Below are positions 61,401 through 64,000 of a DNA stretch of 64,000 nt, piece after piece. The position numbers and the translations under genes are program-made. The notes under the pieces are model-generated. The model made no database searches, was not told the DNA's origin, and was given only the letters and a program-made list of their open reading frames with translations. Origin of the DNA: Heptranchias perlo (Eukaryota); NCBI RefSeq assembly GCF_035084215.1, contig NC_090357.1, positions 5,022,001 through 5,086,000 on the forward strand, in the 5' to 3' direction. How positions within the stretch are numbered: the stretch's first letter is position 1; the number at the start of each line of letters is the position of its first letter.

Positions 61401-63537
61401 TATTACCTTATGAATGTCAATGAATGTATCTGCCCTGACTGATGAGGTTTATAGAAAAATCACATATCTCTCAGTCAAACGGATTATATTTTCCCCTTTG
61501 CACAGGATTGCCATGGAGTCTAGAAATTGGTTTGACCTTGCTGAACTGATGAACAGAAATTTTGAGCTACGAAGGTAAGATCTTGTATTTAAAACTGGCA
61601 TTCAGAGATATGATTTAAAAGAGATATGTTTAGGTAGCCTTCGCTCACTTTCTAATGGGCAGGAGTTCATAGCACATACTCATGAAAGTTTCTGGTTTTA
61701 GGTTTAAACTGATAGCCTTCCCCCGTGGAAAGTATTGAAATCTATATTTCAATAATAGATAATACTTTCATATTACATGGCTCCTGCTAGCTATTGCACA
61801 TTTTTTATTTTGCTGTTTGAAGCTGCATTATATGGTGTATTGCATATTAAATAGTACAATTCGATAAACATACACAAAGAGCATCACTTAGTTTATAGTA
61901 TTGTAACACTATTCAGAAAGAGATTTTGCAACGTGTTGAAATCCTACAAAATGAGCCATGGAATAGTGGAACGTGACTGCGCTCAGAATTCCCCACAGAG
62001 CAAGTTTCTGATTTGCCGAATCATTCTTGGCAGCTGCAAATGCCACATGATTTGCCCATGGATTTGGAGGCAAAACTGTAGGGATAGTCATTCCTGGACC
62101 ACCCACATATGTACGTCCCTGTGGCCAGTTAGCAGCTTGCTTGGCTCAGTGCACACAGAGACAAAGGGAGGAGAATATAATAAAATGATGACTATTTTGG
62201 GAAAGGAATATATGTTCCACTGTTAATTTTGATTAGGAAATATAATGTCCTGAAAGGATTAAATAATGATACTTCAATTTTCCAAGCATCTGTACAAATG
62301 CTTTCTGTTTGTTTAAGGTCCATATACACAGATGCTTGTTTGGGCCAAGGAAATCTGAGGATGGTGCATCTTGCCAGAAAGGTATTCTTTAAAATAGTTT
62401 CATTTAGGGCTTTTTAAATCTCTATTTTGTATGTGTTTTTTTAAAATATAACAATAGTTCATGAATACTAATGTAATAAAGCATTTAAACACTGTGCAGA
62501 ACCAGCTGCATAACAAGTGATAATGTCACAACTGTGTTACGTCCAGTTCAAGTCCAAGACTTGATGAATTGTTGTGACATTGGGATGCATTTCCTTTTCT
62601 TTTTGGCTAAATATAATTTAAAATTTCAAAAACATTGGTATAAAGAAAACTGAAGGAAGTGGATCATACAATCTGACTGAATAATTAAAGATGGAAGACC
62701 TACTTTATACTTGTGTCAGTCACATACATACTGTAGCTTCACTTACAGTCTGCTTTCTGGTGACTTAGTGGACAATAATGAACTTTTTTTTTAGGATGTT
62801 TAAAAACAAATTAAATAAAAATCATCCCTTTAAAAATTGATTCCAAGATTACATAGTACTGATGAAAATTTTAAGAACTAATGAATCCCTCATTAAAATG
62901 TTATTATTTGAAAGGTGCAAAATTTACATAAGTACATACCTTCAATTTCATTAACAGTCAGAATTAACATGTTCCGTTAAGTTGCCTATTTAATTTTAGA
63001 TACGATTTTGTAAAAGCTTGATGTGTAGCATAGTGATTTCTGAAAAAATTCACCTGTGTATCTGTTACTTCTTGCAGTTTGGTTCCGTAGTAAAGCTTCC
63101 TGGCAGTGGGGGAGCAGTGATTGGTCTCTGTCTAGATCCTGACAACCTGGTACGTTCAAATAATTCTCTGTGCATTGAGGTGGATCAGTTGCTGGGGTTA
63201 TGAGTTAAAGGAGAAATGAACTGAACTCACTTTTGCTTTGAGAGCATTTAGAAGCACACATGCACCACCAGTTTAGGCAACAGTTAACTGCCAATGGGAT
63301 CAACAGGGAGTTTATTTTTTTGTAGCAGCATAATCCCTTGACTAGATTAGTTTTGCAACAAACTCCTAGCCAGCTATTGGTCTCTGTTTATTATTACCCT
63401 GTTTTACTGAAGGTCTCCTTAAATTGGATTTATTATATTACTGACATGGATTTCCATATTCTTTCTAGGTCGCGTTAAAGAAGGCGTTCCAGGAAGCTGG
63501 GTTTGTTATCTGTGATGTTGTTCCATATGATCCTTGA
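28424..63537 (+). CDS. gkup: Glucuronokinase with N-terminal putative uridyl pyrophosphorylase (NTP-transferase) domain; 23 coding exons, 1842 nt, 613 aa
   Basis: N-terminal MICVLLVAGHGTLLE...PKALLPGVGGKKILDFWW...VAGDMLC...FYEKP (nucleotidyltransferase-like). C-terminal GHMP kinase motifs YARVGIMGNPSD, IPRQVGLAGSSA, AGLQDRVVQ, KLPGSGGA. Every intron is GT-AG and the frame is open to TGA at 63535-63537. Matches my recollection of zebrafish gkup. Confidence 0.93.
29208..29632 (-). mobile_element. L2-clade LINE 3' fragment
   Basis: Same family sequence and tail as 4208-4720. Confidence 0.82.
31385..31447. repeat. Short 26-bp tandem duplication (TGGAATGAGAGGGGGTGTCTGATTAA)
   Basis: Two full copies plus partial copies visible. 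Confidence 0.8.
32092..32502 (+). mobile_element. DeuSINE
   Basis: GATGAGACGTTAAACCGAGGCCCCGTCTGCCCTCTCAGGTGGACGTAAAAGATCCC central domain. Confidence 0.85.
32600..32706 (+). CDS. gkup: gkup coding exon 2
   Basis: NEVTGLYSHLEGIPKALLPGVGGKKILDFWWEVVN(M); TTTTCAG / GTGAGT. Confidence 0.93.
33050..33680 (+). mobile_element. DeuSINE interrupted by a short CR1-type 3' end (about 33330-33520)
   Basis: SINE consensus breaks at ATCTGGTCA and resumes at TATCTCATTGCC; the insert ends in TCCTATGTTCCTA. Confidence 0.8.
33767..33811 (+). CDS. gkup: gkup coding exon 3
   Basis: RQLFSEVYLVTNAD(K); TTGCAG / GTGAGT. Confidence 0.92.
33855..34100 (-). mobile_element. Second Penelope-like repeat family remnant (related pieces at about 9890-10020, 28040-28170, 31620-31960, 38095-38215)
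   Basis: Shared GATGCTGGAAATCTGAAAT...AGAAAATGCTGGAA...CAGCAGGTCAGGCAGCATCTGTGG motif; the minus strand reads AGTTCTGATGAAAGGACCTGAAACGATAACT, a degenerate hammerhead. Confidence 0.55.
34151..34602. repeat. 69-bp tandem repeat, about 6.5 copies, in gkup intron 3
   Basis: (G/A)GGAGTGAG starts at 34168, 34237, 34306, 34375, 34444, 34513 and about 34582. Confidence 0.92.
35408..35561 (+). CDS. gkup: gkup coding exon 4
   Basis: YKYYERWATANDFPVENIINDGSTT...FDDDVMV; TTCAG / GTACGT. Confidence 0.93.
35655..35726 (+). CDS. gkup: gkup coding exon 5
   Basis: VAGDMLCEDLNFDIAEVLKFFKFK; CCAG / GTCAGT. Confidence 0.92.
36755..37205 (-). mobile_element. DeuSINE, near full length
   Basis: Same consensus. 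Confidence 0.85.
37285..37373 (+). CDS. gkup: gkup coding exon 6
   Basis: KGELAIYYEMEEGEKTESRGIVEVCPCTN(R); GCAG / GTAGGT. Confidence 0.9.
37829..37985 (+). CDS. gkup: gkup coding exon 7
   Basis: ITKFYEKPSADVTESRLASVVFYCF...RRLGKYM; TTTCAG / GTGAGA. Confidence 0.92.
38670..39002 (-). mobile_element. DeuSINE, 3'-truncated
   Basis: Same consensus with intact tRNA-like head. Confidence 0.83.
39269..39346 (+). CDS. gkup: gkup coding exon 8
   Basis: EWLINEARIPVFGMKLPTGFQLIGQV; TTTAG / GTAAGA. Confidence 0.92.
39645..40022 (+). mobile_element. L2-clade LINE 3' fragment
   Basis: LHGLAPPCLCNFLQPYN...GGCAFSCLGPKLWNSLP plus tail. Confidence 0.85.
40530..40621 (+). CDS. gkup: gkup coding exon 9 (inter-domain linker)
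   Basis: DLSEYKKWLARYSSKQPGSAARSITRRSYA(R); ATAG / GTAATG. Confidence 0.9.
40870..41312 (-). mobile_element. tRNA-headed SINE sharing the 3' tail of the 9068-9415 LINE (related copy at about 47690-48020)
   Basis: Minus-strand head GGCCTAGTGGTTATGTTACTAGACTGGTAATCC..GAGGCC...GTTCAAATCCCACC-like; same tail as the LINE. Confidence 0.7.
41530..42420 (-). mobile_element. Degenerate RTE-clade LINE RT remnant, interrupted by a short CR1 tail at about 41727-41845
   Basis: LFNLRE.VKTKVLEE..EFLLADDS..LAHS and FGLT...PIITIGDYMLQVVDKFTYL resemble RTE/BovB-type RT. Confidence 0.65.
43558..43998 (+). mobile_element. DeuSINE
   Basis: Same consensus. Confidence 0.85.
44550..44655 (+). CDS. gkup: gkup coding exon 10 (GHMP motif I)
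   Basis: VGIMGNPSDGFHGKTIAMTISNFWADVTICESKKV; TTTTCAG / GTAAGT. Confidence 0.94.
46151..46230 (+). CDS. gkup: gkup coding exon 11
   Basis: VLIPHPLNDPTEFGSLQDLHGISRKE(G); CCCCAG / GTTTGT. Confidence 0.92.
48244..48312 (+). CDS. gkup: gkup coding exon 12
   Basis: YLGGLRLLQATCKKFYQYCSEQ(G); TTGCAG / GTAAGA. Confidence 0.93.
50099..50159 (+). CDS. gkup: gkup coding exon 13
   Basis: IALAKRNFTLKYDTNIPRQV; TTGCAG / GTAAGT. Confidence 0.93.
50870..51635 (+). mobile_element. L2-clade LINE 3' fragment, degenerate
   Basis: Homologous to 13330-13965 (GTCACCTCCAGATTCGACTATTCCAATGCTCTC...) with L2 tail. Confidence 0.82.
51866..51882 (+). CDS. gkup: gkup coding exon 14, 17-nt microexon (GLAGS-S)
   Basis: TTTGTCTTTCTACAG|GGCCTTGCTGGAAGCAG|GTTGGT; needed both to complete the GHMP motif PRQVGLAGSSA and to restore the phase into exon 15. 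Confidence 0.88.
53516..53902 (+). mobile_element. DeuSINE (further fragments at about 48324-48515, 49455-49615, 55165-55590, 55825-56035)
   Basis: Same consensus. Confidence 0.8.
54287..54344 (+). CDS. gkup: gkup coding exon 15
   Basis: AIVSATLKCLMKFYDLIDD; TTACAG / GTGAGT. Confidence 0.92.
55012..55104 (+). CDS. gkup: gkup coding exon 16
   Basis: DLPKPLRANFILNVETEELVITAGLQDRVVQ; GACAG / GTACAG. Confidence 0.93.
56161..56221 (+). CDS. gkup: gkup coding exon 17
   Basis: VYEGLVYMDFSKELMEKQGY(G); TTTAG / GTAAGG. Confidence 0.93.
56872..57400 (-). mobile_element. CR1-like LINE 3' end with longer 3' UTR (related pieces at about 42580-42826, 50790-50870, 59035-59345)
   Basis: GGTGATTTGATCGAGGTTTATAAAAT (GDLIEVYKI) on the minus strand; shared GATGGACCAG..GGTCTTTTCCT..CGTATGTTCG tail. 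Confidence 0.7.
58507..58620 (+). CDS. gkup: gkup coding exon 18
   Basis: CYVNMDVSCSPHFWLAYMGDPSDSGKIHSNVRQRWLN(G); TTGTAG / GTTAGT. Confidence 0.93.
60027..60084 (+). CDS. gkup: gkup coding exon 19
   Basis: DSDVVAAMKTFAELTDLA(K); TTTAAG / GTAAGT. Confidence 0.9.
61506..61574 (+). CDS. gkup: gkup coding exon 20
   Basis: IAMESRNWFDLAELMNRNFELR(R); CACAG / GTAAGA. Confidence 0.92.
62318..62381 (+). CDS. gkup: gkup coding exon 21
   Basis: SIYTDACLGQGNLRMVHLARK; TTTAAG / GTATTC. Confidence 0.9.
63078..63149 (+). CDS. gkup: gkup coding exon 22 (GHMP motif III KLPGSGGA)
   Basis: FGSVVKLPGSGGAVIGLCLDPDNL; TTGCAG / GTACGT. Confidence 0.93.
63469..63537 (+). CDS. gkup: gkup coding exon 23 (stop)
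   Basis: VALKKAFQEAGFVICDVVPYDP-TGA; TTTCTAG acceptor. Confidence 0.9.
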   Translation, partial: VALKKAFQEAGFVICDVVPYDP

Positions 63538-64000
63538 ATTTTATTCAAGAAATGACAGAAGAAAATTTCTACTTATTGATAATGATAGTATTAATTGTGA
63601 ATAGCAAAATTAGTGGGAAATTAGGTTTAAATGAACAAATGCAATGAAAAAATGATTCCTTTAGGCTTGAATTAGAAAACTGAAGAAAACTACTATAATT
63701 GGTACAATTCTTTTAAATGCTATTAGCTTAGTATTTTGGAAAATATTTTATTTTGCAATGGATTATTATTCATGGCTGCCTGATGCTGGTGTAATGTTCA
63801 GACAACCGAGAAATGACACAAACATACGTCATAGTAACTAGTATACAATTTCCCAATTTCATAAAAGCCTGTTAACGATCCATCAGACTGATTTGCTCAG
63901 TTGCTAATAGTGACACAGGTGAGTATTTTTGTTTGGTATTCCCAAACCCCAAATACAAGATACTGGCTCCAGTTAATCATGTAATTATTTTTTTAAAACT

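Overview
Vertebrate genomic DNA, by its repeat landscape almost certainly a cartilaginous fish (shark-type DeuSINE, L2, CR1 and Penelope-like repeats; this is an inference). I reconstructed two intact, divergently transcribed protein-coding genes by hand from GT-AG splice sites and reading-frame continuity. (1) SC5D, lathosterol oxidase / sterol C5-desaturase, on the minus strand: a non-coding first exon ending at 23835 and 4 coding exons from 20991 to 15914 (894 nt, 297 aa), with a CCAAT/GC-box/SRE-like promoter at about 23880-24215. (2) A glucuronokinase fused to a putative UDP-sugar pyrophosphorylase (gkup-like) on the plus strand: 23 coding exons from 28424 to 63537 (1842 nt, 613 aa), including a 17-nt microexon that carries the core of the GHMP ATP-binding loop and a 93-nt stop-free in-frame intron. 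The most unusual non-coding structure is at 14013-14627, about 1.3 kb past the SC5D stop: three identical Penelope-type segments in tandem at 183-bp spacing, each with an intact minimal type-I hammerhead ribozyme core, preceded by a fourth inverted copy that forms a perfect 74-bp hairpin. This is a retrozyme-like array. The rest is SINE/LINE/MITE fragments and several minisatellites, and nearly all other ORFs in the track are repeat-derived or spurious. Exon coordinates were counted base by base; dispersed-repeat boundaries are approximate.
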